Shown here one piece after another: positions 27,140 through 40,500 of a stretch of 61,851 nt of DNA. This DNA is from an uncultured bacterium. Its GTDB lineage: Bacteria > UBP14 > UBA6098 > B30-G16. The stretch's first letter is position 1, and every line of letters begins with the position of its first letter. The position numbers and the translations under genes were made by a program. Below the pieces are notes generated by a model, which saw only the letters and a program-made list of their open reading frames with translations, was not told where the DNA came from and did no database searches. The stretch spans positions 1 through 61,851 of the forward strand of contig CBEVQY010000014.1 in the NCBI GenBank assembly GCA_965552135.1. The letters run 5' to 3'.

Positions 27140-29935
27140 ATGAGGCGTTTCGTTTGGGCTCTTCTGATCCCCGTATGCCTTTGGGGCTTGCGCTACCACG
27201 CCGCTTGTCGGCGGAGCTACGACGAGCTTTGGCGGAACATCCCGCAGCACCCTCTGAGCCTGCGCAGGAAGGAGGCGATTCGCGCGCTTCGCAGCCTGCA
27301 CGAGGTCAGCCAGGCGCCCGTTTTGGCGCTGCTCGACTCGCTGAAGAAGGAGGGGCTCGTCCGCTGGCGCAAGGGGATGTGGCTTGCGGACGTTGTCGTC
27401 TTCGAGGGAGCGCCCAGGGCGGCTAAAATCCTTGGGCAGGCGTTCCCCGACCTCATCGTTAGACGAGATGCCTTCGGTGTGGCAGCCTTAAGCTCTCCCG
27501 GCGCAGCTGCGCCCGCCACGGCGAATTTGCCCGAGGCAACGGCGTGGAACATCGAGCTTCTGGGGATACCAAGCGTTTGGCGGACATTCGGCGCATACGG
27601 CGACGGCGTAATCGTCGCCATATTCGACAGCGGGCTCAGCCGATGCGTGGCGGATGTGGCGTCGCGGGTTTGGATAAACGAGCGCGAAGAACCCGTCCCG
27701 AACGACGTGGACGACGACGGAAACGGATACATAGACGACATATGGGGCTACAACTTCCACGACACAACATCCCACCCTTACGACGACAAGGGTCACGGCA
27801 CCCACGTGTGCGGAACGATTCTGGGCGTCAACGGCACCGGCGTTGCGCCGGGGGTAAGGGGTATGTCCCTCAAGGTGATCGACCACAACGGCGCAGGCTA
27901 CGAAAGCGACGTGTGGCTTGCCTTCGAGTATGCCATCGCTATGGGGGCGCAGGTCGCCAATCTGTCGATAGGCTGGCGCTACTCCGAGGAGCCCGACCGC
28001 CCAACCTGGCGAACCGTGGTGCAAAACGCGATAGAGAGCGGACTTGTGGTCGTCGTTGCCGCCGGGAACGAGGGGGCGGGCGACCCCCCAAACAACCTGC
28101 GGACACCCGGCGATATCCCCGAGGTCATAACCGTTGGCGCGGTCGACTCAACGCTTGAGAGGGCACCGTTCTCAAGCGTCGGTCCTGTGGAGTGGGACGA
28201 CTATCCATACCCGCCGGGGCTTATCAAGCCCGATGTGGTTGCGCCGGGTGTGGACGTGCCCTCGACCGTTCTGCCAGGGGGATATGAGCGCTGGGACGGA
28301 ACATCGATGGCGACACCGCACGTGGCGGGACTGTGCGCCCTCATGCGGCAAATAAACTCCGAGCTCACACACTACCAGATAAAGGCTATCCTCGAATCCA
28401 CCGCCGTCGACCTGGGCGAGCCCGGAAAGGACAACGAGTACGGCAGCGGGCTTGTTGATCCATTTGCCGCGGTTACCGAGGCGGCGGATATGTGCACCCT
28501 TTCCTTCTCTGCGCCCGTTGCGGGCACGCTTTGGGTTTTGCCGCAGATGCTTAGGTTTACGGGCGAGGCTGGCACAGCCGTGGTGCCCGTGGATGCCGAT
28601 GACATCGTCTTTTCCGCCGCGGGATTCCTGCCCGAAACGCTTGGGTTCGCCTGCGGGGATGCGACGTTCGACCCAACGCCCGCGCCTGTGAGGGCTGTGC
28701 GCATCGGAGTTATGGACTTCGAAAGCGGCGACCCCATAAGTGCGCAGATCGCACTGGGCAACGATACCCTCCTGGTCGATGGGTTCGGATGGGCGTATCT
28801 GCCGCAGACGGCGTGCTCGGCATACGCAACAGCCCCGGGATACACGCTGGAGGGCAAAGCGATCTCCCCCGAGGAGGGCTGCGTGTTCTTCTTCCTCCAC
28901 CGCTGCATCGACTTCGAGGATTCGGCAGGCTTTTGGTGCAGCGGCGGTTGGGAGTGGGGCGAGCCCTCAACGGGACCACTGCGCGCCCGAAGCGGAACCA
29001 GGCTTTGGGCAACTGCACTCGCCGACACCTACTCCAGCTCATCCGACTCGTGGCTCGTGTCGGAATGGCTCCCCGCCGAAAGCACCGCGGCGATCTTCTT
29101 GTGGCAGTGGTTCGACTGCGAGGCAACTTACTGGGGATTCTGGGACGGCGGGAACGTCCTTGCGGACCTCGGCGACGGGTGGAGGGTCATCTATCCCATC
29201 GGAGACTACTGCTGCTGGCTCGACGACTACAACGAAATCATGGGATGGCAACCGGCTTTCTCGGGAACGCTTACGGGGAATTTCTGGCACCAGAGGGTCT
29301 TCCCACTCGACGTCGCCGAGGCGGGTTCCGTGCGAATCGCCCTCCACTTCTCCTCCGACGACAACACCACCCGCGCCGGCTGGTACGTCGACGACATATG
29401 CGTTGCCCGCAGGACGGTCCGGGAGCCCATTGTGCGCTCGGTCGAGGTGGTCGACGCAAACGTCACCGCGGCGGTATACGGCGTGTCCTCGCCGCTTGAG
29501 GAGGTCTTAGTCGTAACCTCCGACAGCTCCGCCTACCCCATGCTCCAGGTGGCGTGTGACACGTTCACGACAACGCTCCCGGGCTTGCCGGGCGATACAG
29601 TCTGCTTCAGGGTCAAGGCTTTTGACGCAGCGCTTGCAACCGCCGTCTTCCCGCCCGATTCGGAGATCTGCGCGGCGATACCGGGCGACAAGGTCTCCTC
29701 TGCTCCGCCGAGGGAAGACGGCGGGATAAGGTTCATCCACGTGGGCGAGGAGCTCGTTCTGGAGGCTTCGGGCTGCCTCGTCGAGGTGGTCGATGCGGCG
29801 GGAAGAATCGTAAAAAGCCTTGAGGTTCCCCAAAACGAAGCTTTTCGCTGGCGTCCCGAGCGAAATGGTGTTTATTTTGTATGTGCTGAGGGGTCATCGG
29901 GTCGCAGTGTGCTTAAGGTTGTCGTTGTGCGATGA
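27140..29935 (+). CDS. Secreted S8 subtilisin-like serine protease with accessory beta domains and a degenerate sorting tail
   Basis: Triad VAIFDSG, GHGTHVCG, GTSMATPHVAG; AAGNE oxyanion; WDGGNV...GWYVDD jelly-roll motif; tail VVDAAGRIV...GVYFV...KVVVVR. Confidence 0.92.
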   Translation: MRRFVWALLIPVCLWGLRYHAACRRSYDELWRNIPQHPLSLRRKEAIRALRSLHEVSQAPVLALLDSLKKEGLVRWRKGMWLADVVVFEGAPRAAKILGQAFPDLIVRRDAFGVAALSSPGAAAPATANLPEATAWNIELLGIPSVWRTFGAYGDGVIVAIFDSGLSRCVADVASRVWINEREEPVPNDVDDDGNGYIDDIWGYNFHDTTSHPYDDKGHGTHVCGTILGVNGTGVAPGVRGMSLKVIDHNGAGYESDVWLAFEYAIAMGAQVANLSIGWRYSEEPDRPTWRTVVQNAIESGLVVVVAAGNEGAGDPPNNLRTPGDIPEVITVGAVDSTLERAPFSSVGPVEWDDYPYPPGLIKPDVVAPGVDVPSTVLPGGYERWDGTSMATPHVAGLCALMRQINSELTHYQIKAILESTAVDLGEPGKDNEYGSGLVDPFAAVTEAADMCTLSFSAPVAGTLWVLPQMLRFTGEAGTAVVPVDADDIVFSAAGFLPETLGFACGDATFDPTPAPVRAVRIGVMDFESGDPISAQIALGNDTLLVDGFGWAYLPQTACSAYATAPGYTLEGKAISPEEGCVFFFLHRCIDFEDSAGFWCSGGWEWGEPSTGPLRARSGTRLWATALADTYSSSSDSWLVSEWLPAESTAAIFLWQWFDCEATYWGFWDGGNVLADLGDGWRVIYPIGDYCCWLDDYNEIMGWQPAFSGTLTGNFWHQRVFPLDVAEAGSVRIALHFSSDDNTTRAGWYVDDICVARRTVREPIVRSVEVVDANVTAAVYGVSSPLEEVLVVTSDSSAYPMLQVACDTFTTTLPGLPGDTVCFRVKAFDAALATAVFPPDSEICAAIPGDKVSSAPPREDGGIRFIHVGEELVLEASGCLVEVVDAAGRIVKSLEVPQNEAFRWRPERNGVYFVCAEGSSGRSVLKVVVVR

Positions 29936-30849
29936 GCGCTTCGGGTGATCCCACAGCTTGGGCGGAGCTTTTGGCTGCCTTCTGCGCCGACGGCGACGTG
30001 AAAAGCGCCTGGAGGGCTTTGGAGCTTTGGGAGAAGCTGGAGCCGGAATCGGCGCAGCCGAAACTCTACCGCGCCGCGCTACTCTACGCACAAGGCGACC
30101 TGCACCAAGCCATCAAAGCGGTGGATGAGTTTTTGAGCGAGGATCCTGAAAGCACAAAGGCACTCATGCTCAAGCACATGATCCAGCTGCGCCTTGGCGA
30201 CGCCGAGGCTCACGCAACCTTCTCAAAAGCCCTGGCAACCTGCCGGAGTCAGGAGGAGCTTTGGCTTGAGCTGGGCGAGCTTCAGTCGTACATAGGCGAC
30301 GTCGACGGCGCTGCAAGGTCCTATCGGAAAGCCGTTGCCGTAAACCCCGGAAACGTAGCGGGCTGGGAGGGGCTTGGGATGGCATACGCCCGCGCCGGCA
30401 GGTACGACGCCGCCGAAGCCGCCTTCAAAAAAGCCCAGGAGATAGCCGAAGACCCCAGAGGAGTTTACAAAGCGGCGCTGTGGGAGCTGATACGCGGCAA
30501 CACACAGGAAGCGCTTAAAGTGTTCGAGTTCAACCGCGAAAGGCGCGACAAAAGCCCAAGCTACTGGCTTAACTACGGACTGGCGCGCTTGCTGGCGAAG
30601 GACTACGACGGCGCGAAAAGCTGCTTCGAAAAGGTTCTTGAGCTAAACCCCCACTTCGCCTACGCGCACTACAACCTCGCCTGCCTCTACGCGCGACTTG
30701 CCGACTTCGAAAGAGCCACGAGGCACCTTCTGGCGTCCTTCGGCTTCGATAGGTTCAAGGTCGCTGCCCGTACCGACGGCGATATCGCGCCGCTGCTCGC
30801 ACACCCGCAATTCGGCGAGGTGATCCGCAGATCCCTCTCGGACCGATAG
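29932..30849 (+). CDS. Tetratricopeptide repeat protein
   Basis: Multiple TPR units ending in YNLACLYA...ARTDGDI. Confidence 0.85.
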   Translation: MSASGDPTAWAELLAAFCADGDVKSAWRALELWEKLEPESAQPKLYRAALLYAQGDLHQAIKAVDEFLSEDPESTKALMLKHMIQLRLGDAEAHATFSKALATCRSQEELWLELGELQSYIGDVDGAARSYRKAVAVNPGNVAGWEGLGMAYARAGRYDAAEAAFKKAQEIAEDPRGVYKAALWELIRGNTQEALKVFEFNRERRDKSPSYWLNYGLARLLAKDYDGAKSCFEKVLELNPHFAYAHYNLACLYARLADFERATRHLLASFGFDRFKVAARTDGDIAPLLAHPQFGEVIRRSLSDR

Positions 30850-30925
30850 AGGCAGCGCACACCCGAAGTTCAAGAAATCCGCGGCCCTGGGCGTTCAAAA
30901 GATAGCGGCCTCGGGCGAGTTCAAC

Positions 30926-33900
30926 CTACTCCTTGACTATCTTTCCGCGGACGACGCGGGTTGTGGTGCTTCCGTCGGCTGTGCGAAGCTTCGCCCTAAG
31001 GACGAAGATATAAACCCCCCGCGCAACCTCCCTGCCGTTTTGAGCTCTGCCGTCCCAGTGGATCCAGTCGAAGCTTGCGGTGGTCGTTTTGCTTGCGGAG
31101 AAGATCCTGCGCCCGCCCAGCGTGAAGATCTCGAGCGTGACGTCGGCGGAAACGCCCGCCCCGGCGATGCCGAAGGTCACGTCAACGCCGTCGGAGAAGG
31201 GGTTAGGATAGGGGAGAACGTCGTAAAGCTCAGCTTTACAGTCGACGAGGAAGACGTCGACGCACCTTTGGGATGCGTTTCCGAGGTTGTCCCACGCCTG
31301 AACGCAAACGGTGTGCCCGCCGTAGGCGACGTCCTCGAAGACGCAGGACGCCACCGCGCTCGTGGGATCGTCCACGGTGTACTCGAGGCTTTGCGAGATA
31401 TCGACGCGGTGGTACTCGTCGTCGAGCTGGACGAGGATCCCGTGCCCGGGCACGCTGCCCATGTTGATCCCGTGCTCGTCGTAAAGCTTAACGAAAACGG
31501 GCAGGGAGTTGTCGGGCGAGCAAACGGTGTCGCTGCCCGCAAGATGACCCTCCCCGAACGTTATCTCTATCTGCGGCCCGGCGCTGTCGACCACATCAAC
31601 CTGACCAGCTACGTCGATGGCTATATCCGTGGCGGCGCCCGACGCGTTCACACAACCGTCGGAACCGTAAGCGTAGCAAACAACCCTGTAACCCTCCTCG
31701 TACGTGAGACCCGAGGGCACAAAGAGCCTTAGCTCGAAGCTGTGGTTCGATATCGTTGCGGCGCCGGCGAAAAGAATCCTCCCCGGGTGAACGTAGTCGC
31801 AGCTGCTGGGGATTATGGGGGAGTCGTAGTGTTTGTAGTAGTTCGGCTCGATGAAGAAGAGCTTTGCCGTCCCGTGGTCTATGTCGGGCACGTTGCCGCT
31901 CACAACCATCCACGACGCAGCACGTAGGGTTTCTCCGGAGTCGGCGGCGACGGAGAGGCTTACGTCGCCATAGGGATACGCCAGCACCGTCGCCGGATCG
32001 CCCATAAGGATGTACTGACTGTCGTGGTTGGGGTAGAGCGCACTTCGGGCGGCTATTGCCGCGCCCGATATCGGGATCGCCTCATCACCAAAAAGGCTTT
32101 CTACAAGTCTTTCGTTCATGTGTTGGTTGTTTCCCGCATACGATCCTGCTGTTGCCGCAAGGACCGCTATCGCGCCGCCGTCGCGTTTGGGGCACACCTC
32201 CACCGCCCTACACTCCCACCCCCCCCCCACGTAAAACAGACCCCCCTCGCACGAAAACGCAGAGACAAACGGCAGCATCTGTCCGTTGCGCCAGCTGGGG
32301 AGGTCGCCGGGGAAGTCGAGCAGCCTCTCGTGAGCCCAAAGGTGGTAGTTGCCGTGACCGATCCAGTTGACCCAAACCGCCCCCTCGTTCACCCCCTCGA
32401 GCAGCGCAGCCTTCGCCGCGGGCTTGTGAAGCGTGGGCGTGCGGGGAAAATCAACAAGATAGACGGGACAAACCAAAACCTGCGGCGGAAGAAAGCTCTC
32501 TATAAGCTCGCTGTTGCTTGTGGTGTAGGAGAGGTTGTCGTTGCGACCGTCGTCGCGATACTCGTCGTCGGCGGACATAACCGCCCTAAGGCGCCACTCC
32601 CCAAAGGGAGCGCAGTCCGCATAGCCCGTTATCTTCTCGACCACAGCGTCAAGCTCGCTCTGGCTCCGGACGGGAAGCCTGCCCGACATAAGCTCAACCT
32701 CGCCCCCATCGGATATGGTGACGTAGAACGCGTCGGTCTGATACGCCGCCTCCATCGCCGGCGGAAAGTAGTTGGGCGCATCGGTGAGGATGTGCCTGTA
32801 GTCGTAGTGACCATCGCCCACAAAGAGGACGTACTGCGGCCTCGGCGGGTCGGATACGTTGTAAAGATAGCACAAAAAGTTCCTTATCGCCGTGGGGTCG
32901 TAGCGACCGAAGCCAAACTGCCGCATAACGTCCTCAAGCCAGACGACCTCGGTCCGTATCCCGCGCGCGCTCCAGAAGTCGGCAAGCGCTGTGGGGTCGA
33001 AGACACTCGGGCTTATTATTATGTAATCGATGGTGTCGGTCGGAGCCTCCCAGAGCGAGAAGTCGGTCTCCTGCGTTCCTGTCGGAAGCTGCCTTACAGC
33101 TTCCCTGTCGAAGACGACGTACTTTCTGCACTCGCGCTGCCGGATGGAGTCGACGAAGGCAAAGCCGCCGCCGTAGGGGATCACCTCAAGCTCCCTTGCG
33201 GAGCCTATGTCGGTTATGTCGATTGCGACGGGGTTCTGGAACCCCGAGAGGAGGAACCGCACAGCGCCATCAACCTCCCTCGCCAAGAACTCCAGAAAGC
33301 CGTCTGATGGGGCAAGCTCAACAAGGTACATCGCCTCCACGCTCTTGAAGAAGACCGTGTCGGGGTAGACTATCCTTATAGGGTTTGCGCCGGGGACGAG
33401 CTCGTCGACCCATGCGCACGAGCCGCCGTAGCTTGTGCCGCCAACTTCGATCCTGACGCCGCCGTAGCTGGGATAGGTGCAGATATAGCCGTTGGTCCGC
33501 CCCGGAACGATCCTCGGGTCGGTGACGAATACCGTCACCGCCCCAAAGACCTTTTGCCAAAACCAGCCGAAGCCCTCGTCGTAGTCCTCGTCCTGACCGA
33601 TGTGGACGAAGGTCCATCCGCACGAAAGCTCGGTGTCCGCCGGGGCGAACGAAAGGGGCGAAAGCCTCTTGGGCGGCGACGGGAAATCCCCACCCACACA
33701 GATCCAAACCGAGACGGAGTCGTTGTACGGGCTTGGCTTCCAGTCGGGCATGCAGTTTTCGACCGTCCAGCACTCGGGACCCGGTGCGTAGAAGATGAGG
33801 GTATCGCCTTCGTCGAAGGAGCCGTCATCGTCGCCGACGAAAAGCGCCGGGACCTCCACCAGCGACGGCAGGGTATCGCCCAACGCAAGCGGCAGCGTCC

Positions 33901-34705
33901 CCGGCGGACCCTCGAACACCCTGACATCGTTCGGATCAACCGCGTCGGCAGAAATCCCCACCTCCGAAAGCCAGCTTGCCGTCAGCGCGAAGACCCCGCC
34001 GCGGCGAAGCGCAACGCGATACCACGCCCCGCCATGGGAAAAGACGTTCTCCGGAAGCTCGACCGTCTCGCGCAGAAGCCTCATGCGCTTAGCCTGGTCG
34101 TAGTTCAAGAGCATCGCGCGGAAGACCTGCTCGAAGCCGCCCTCATCTACGTAGCGCCCGGATGGTTTGAACCGCAGCCTGACCCTCACAGAGCGCGCGG
34201 CGCGAACGACGTTGCGCGAAGGATCGTAGGAGACCGGAAAAACGACCACCCTGCCTATCCGCTGCGACCTCATCCAACCGCCGTGCTCGAAGACAACGGC
34301 TTCCCGCGGGGCGAATCCTTTGCGGCGATAGATCCGGGGCTTCGGCGGAACGGACTTTCTGCATACCGCAGCGCCGCACCAGAAAACGGAATCGGCGGGC
34401 AGAACCGGATGCGAAAGCGAAAGCTCCTTATCCCAAAGGACCTCGTATTCGACCTTGACCTGCCCATCGGGCGGTATGCCGACGACGAGGACCTCCACAG
34501 GGAGCATAGGCTCTCCGGGCGAAACGGTGTACTGAGCTCCCGAAAGCCTAAGCCGCACGAACTCCCCGTAATCCGTGGAAACGAGTACGGTATCCAGAGC
34601 CGGCAGGGAAAGCTCTATCTCGACGCCGTCGTCGAGCGCAACAACTTTTGGCTTTGCCGCAGCCAAAGCCAAAAGTGCGAAAAGCGCTATGTGTGCGCAA
34701 CGCAT
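30926..34705 (-). CDS. porU: PorU-like C25 (gingipain-family) peptidase/sortase with propeptide and FlgD/T9SS-like tail
   Basis: PGEPMLP propeptide, IFYAPG, DPTAIRNFL, LFVGDGHYDY, GRLPV, WIGHG (His), FSC (Cys), LMGDPA, DSAGPQI, QAWDNLGN, YPNPFS...WDGR...GVYIF. Confidence 0.82.
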   Translation of the reverse strand: MRCAHIALFALLALAAAKPKVVALDDGVEIELSLPALDTVLVSTDYGEFVRLRLSGAQYTVSPGEPMLPVEVLVVGIPPDGQVKVEYEVLWDKELSLSHPVLPADSVFWCGAAVCRKSVPPKPRIYRRKGFAPREAVVFEHGGWMRSQRIGRVVVFPVSYDPSRNVVRAARSVRVRLRFKPSGRYVDEGGFEQVFRAMLLNYDQAKRMRLLRETVELPENVFSHGGAWYRVALRRGGVFALTASWLSEVGISADAVDPNDVRVFEGPPGTLPLALGDTLPSLVEVPALFVGDDDGSFDEGDTLIFYAPGPECWTVENCMPDWKPSPYNDSVSVWICVGGDFPSPPKRLSPLSFAPADTELSCGWTFVHIGQDEDYDEGFGWFWQKVFGAVTVFVTDPRIVPGRTNGYICTYPSYGGVRIEVGGTSYGGSCAWVDELVPGANPIRIVYPDTVFFKSVEAMYLVELAPSDGFLEFLAREVDGAVRFLLSGFQNPVAIDITDIGSARELEVIPYGGGFAFVDSIRQRECRKYVVFDREAVRQLPTGTQETDFSLWEAPTDTIDYIIISPSVFDPTALADFWSARGIRTEVVWLEDVMRQFGFGRYDPTAIRNFLCYLYNVSDPPRPQYVLFVGDGHYDYRHILTDAPNYFPPAMEAAYQTDAFYVTISDGGEVELMSGRLPVRSQSELDAVVEKITGYADCAPFGEWRLRAVMSADDEYRDDGRNDNLSYTTSNSELIESFLPPQVLVCPVYLVDFPRTPTLHKPAAKAALLEGVNEGAVWVNWIGHGNYHLWAHERLLDFPGDLPSWRNGQMLPFVSAFSCEGGLFYVGGGWECRAVEVCPKRDGGAIAVLAATAGSYAGNNQHMNERLVESLFGDEAIPISGAAIAARSALYPNHDSQYILMGDPATVLAYPYGDVSLSVAADSGETLRAASWMVVSGNVPDIDHGTAKLFFIEPNYYKHYDSPIIPSSCDYVHPGRILFAGAATISNHSFELRLFVPSGLTYEEGYRVVCYAYGSDGCVNASGAATDIAIDVAGQVDVVDSAGPQIEITFGEGHLAGSDTVCSPDNSLPVFVKLYDEHGINMGSVPGHGILVQLDDEYHRVDISQSLEYTVDDPTSAVASCVFEDVAYGGHTVCVQAWDNLGNASQRCVDVFLVDCKAELYDVLPYPNPFSDGVDVTFGIAGAGVSADVTLEIFTLGGRRIFSASKTTTASFDWIHWDGRAQNGREVARGVYIFVLRAKLRTADGSTTTRVVRGKIVKE

Positions 34706-34722
34706 CGGCGCCTCCGGAAAGC

Positions 34723-35517
34723 TCACCTCACAAGGACAATCGTCGCCCGCGCCGCAGCCCGCCCCGACGCAAACTCGGCTACATACACACCGCCCGGCAA
34801 CGCCGAGGCATCCCAAACGACTTCGCTTCGACCGCCCGCCACGGCAAAAGATGCCACCTCGCGCCCGGCAAGGTCAAAAACAATCAAAACCCCAGCCTCA
34901 GGCGCATCCAGCAAGAAGGTGCAGCAGGCGTTAAAGGGGTTCGGATGAGCGGCAAGCAAAGCGGCGACTTTGGGCAAAGAGGCATCGCGCACGAAGGTTA
35001 TGTCACGGTACCTGAAGAACACGAAGCTTGCGCAGTCGACGAATATGCTCTCTCCCTCGGTTATGGCGGGGGCGGTGTCCCAGAGCTCCTGCGGAGGGAT
35101 TGAATCGGCAACCAGGTACTGCATGAATATGGGGTATTCGATGTCGAACGGGAATGAGTCGGCGTCCCAGGCGACCCAGGTCGACTCGCCCTCGCCTGCT
35201 CGGAAGGCAAGCTGCCAGAGCTGATCAGCAGCCGAGTCGCCGGGAACGTCGCTTGGACGATAGTCCTCCCTAAGGTACGGCATGATGCTGTCGCCAACGA
35301 AATACGCAACAAAGCCCTCCGGCGGAAACACAGGCTCCGCAACATCGACAAAAGGGTCGAAGCCCTCGGTGGCGTCGGACCTCATGCCGAAGTAGAGCGT
35401 GACGGGATATACCGTATCAAGCGACGTGGGGTAAAGCCTGACAGGCACCCTCCATTCGGTCGCACCCGCAAGCCCAGCGCAAACGACCAAAAATGTGCAA
35501 AGCCCAAAAGCCCTCAT
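34723..35517 (-). CDS. Secreted protein with T9SS-like C-terminal sorting domain
   Basis: Signal peptide; FGMRSDATEGFDP motif; AHPNPFNA...FDLAGREV...WDASALPGGVYV...TIVLVR. Confidence 0.8.
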   Translation of the reverse strand: MRAFGLCTFLVVCAGLAGATEWRVPVRLYPTSLDTVYPVTLYFGMRSDATEGFDPFVDVAEPVFPPEGFVAYFVGDSIMPYLREDYRPSDVPGDSAADQLWQLAFRAGEGESTWVAWDADSFPFDIEYPIFMQYLVADSIPPQELWDTAPAITEGESIFVDCASFVFFRYRDITFVRDASLPKVAALLAAHPNPFNACCTFLLDAPEAGVLIVFDLAGREVASFAVAGGRSEVVWDASALPGGVYVAEFASGRAAARATIVLVR

Positions 35518-35529
35518 CGCACCAGATAA

Positions 35530-37509
<1,980 letters not shown>

Positions 37510-37513
<4 letters not shown>

Positions 37514-40500
37514 CGCGCCACAGTGACCGTGCCCTCGCAAACGACCTCGCCACCAACCTCGATGACGTAAAGGTAAAGCCCGGGTGGCACAGGTCGACCG
37601 CTTGAGTCCGTTCCGTCCCAGCGAGCCACCCGCTTGGCGGAAAAGCCCGCCGGAACGTCTATCTCCCTCACAAGAGCGCCGTGAAGGTCGAAGATGTATA
37701 TCGCCGCCTCCTCGTAGCCCAGCATGGGGGCGAGGAACTGGCAGTAGTCGTTTTTGCCGTCGGCGTTGGGAGTGAAGGGATTGGGGATGCGCTGGCAGCC
37801 AAGCGGCTCGGGCAGGAAGAAGACCCAGCTGTAGGTGGCGCAGTTTGGCGCGCAGAGATCAGGCGCATCGCAAAGCCTCACGCTGACGTCCACCGTATCG
37901 CCGGGGTGCCAAATCAAGCCCCACCGCTGCGGATCGAAGACGGCGGTAGCCGAAAGGGAGTCCCCGCTTATGCCGCCAAGGAGCTCGCCCAGGGGATACT
38001 CCCGCCCCTCCACGACGACGAACGACGAGTCGACCCAAATGCCCGCGAGGTTGTCGCTCAGCTCGAGCGTGATCCGCTGCGTGAGGTTATAGGTGTAGGA
38101 GCTTTCTGCTGGCTCCTCCATCGACGCCTCGGGCGGCGCAAGGTCGATGAAGAAGCGCCAGCTCAAAGGGTTCTGCAGCTCGTTGCCGTAGATATCGTCT
38201 GCGGCAAGAAGCTCTACCCAAACCGTTTCGCCGTCGCTCCAGAAGCCCGGGGGAGGCTCGAAGAACAGCGTCTCTGCGCGGAACGAAAGCTCCTCGTCGA
38301 CGCAGCGGAAGGTGTCGCCCCCTATGACGACAACGACGCTTTGGCTGTCGACACCGTTGCTGTCGGTGATGGTGATCCATATCTGCTGGTCGTCGCAGGC
38401 GGATATCGCATCCTCCGGCGGCAAAACAGGCTCCGCAACGGGACCAACGCCCGCAACGGGGTAGCAGAAGACATAGGTTGTGCAGTTGGGCGGACACGAG
38501 CAGCCGTAATCGAACACAGAGTCGCAAACCGAAACCAAAACGACCACAGAGTCGCCCTCGCCGCACACGAAGCCTGCCGAGAGGGTGCCAGGGAAGAAGA
38601 GCGAATCGCGCCCGCCACCGGGGTGGAAGATAAGCACACAAACGGAGCTTATGTCCTCCATAACGCCCGCCAGCGAGTCGAACGCGGTGTAGTCAAGCGA
38701 CACCCAACCCGCCCCGAGTGTGTCGCCGGAGGGCGGCGTTCCGGGAAGCGGCTCGACCACAGGCGGCTCAAGGTCCACAATAAAGCTTATCACGTTGAAA
38801 GCCCTTGTGGTGCACCCGCCAGCGGTTATGATCGAATCGAGAACAACCGTCACGCTATCGAGATGCTGCCAATAGTTCCAGACCGCCACCTCAACGGTAT
38901 CGCCAAGTCCAACGGAGAAGTTCATTCGATCAGATACCCCCGCGACGCTGAAGTCGAGCACGGAACCGTCCGCGTGGCGCACGTGAACGCTGGCAAACGT
39001 CGTGGGCAGGAAGGGGAAATCCCAATAAGTTGTTTCGGCGTAAACGAACACCGCCGCCTGCGTTGAGCACGAAACCACAGGCAAAACAGAATCAACCGGA
39101 CACTTCGCCCACGAAACGCACTCCCCACAGGTCATGCACTCGGGGTCCTCGAGGTAGGTGCCGATGCAGTAAATGGCATCCGCGCTGTCGATGGTCTCGA
39201 AGGCTTTGTGGACAGCCGTAACGACCACCTCGAGCCTGCAGTCGAGGTCTATATCGGCGACAACGGGCGACGTATGGATGTGGGAGCCGAGCTTGATGGA
39301 GTCCTCCACAGCTCCACTGGCGCCGTCAAGCTGATAAAGGTATCCCCCCATCGACGCCACGAAGACCTTCAGCGTCTCGCCCACCGCGGGGTAGAAGTTC
39401 GTTCTCTGCGGATTTCCGCAGAAGTGGGTCCAGCACAGGGGGTCGAACGGGTTGGCAACTGCGGGCGACGAGACTATCGCTGTATCGAGCGTCGTCGTCC
39501 ACTCCACCGAGGCGCCCGTGGGGGGAACGTAGTCCACGCAAAGGACCTGACCGTTCGTCGATGCGGCTACGACCTCATATGCGCCGTCGGCGTCGACGTC
39601 GGCAACAAGCGGCGATGCGTGTATCTCGCCGCCAACCACAACAGCCGTCATCTCGGAGACGGCGATGCTCCCGTCGCCGTCCTCATCGCCGTCCACGAAG
39701 TAGAGCAGCCCATCGTTTGCGCCGAAGACGACCTCAAGGTCGCCGTCGCCGTCGAAGTCGGCAAGCGCGGGCGAACAATCGACGACGGGAAGATACCCCC
39801 CGGTCGACACCGACCACCTGAGCGTGCCCGTGGGACCATCGATGCAGTAGACGTTCCCGCCCGTGCTCGAAACGAAGTCGAGATACGTCTGCCAGTAGCC
39901 GTCGCCGACGACGACATCGATATCGCCGTCTCCGTCAACGTCCCCAAGCGCCGGCGTGGATATCACAGCGCCCTCCGTCTCAAAAACCCACAAAACGTCC
40001 CAGTCGATGCCATCCGTACCAGCAGGCGACGCCACATAGCCGGTGAAGCAGGACGACGCGGCGTGGACGTCGAAGTGAATGCCGTCGTCCGTGCCGTCGC
40101 TCGGGTCAGCCTGAAGACACCAAACGGAGTTGCACGGATTGTTCCCGATGACGACCTCAAGCCCCGGCACATCGGGAACGACGTCGGCAACAGCGGGCGA
40201 TGAATGCCACATAAACGGACCCGACGTCATAGGCGGCGACGGGAAGGTCCAAAGGAAGTTCCCGTGCCTGTCGATGGCTTCTATGTTCCATCCGCTCGTC
40301 GTTCCTGCGATAAGCTCTGGTCGTGCGTCGCCGACGTTGAAGAAATCGCACGCGGCGGGTGAGCTTCGCGACTCGTCGGTGCGCGTGTCAATAGCCCACT
40401 CAAGGTTGCCAAAGGCATCTATGCAGCGCCATATCCCAACCGCCGTCCCCGAAAGCTCGGGGAAGTAGCAGGAGTACTCGTCGCTGCCGACGAAGATCTC

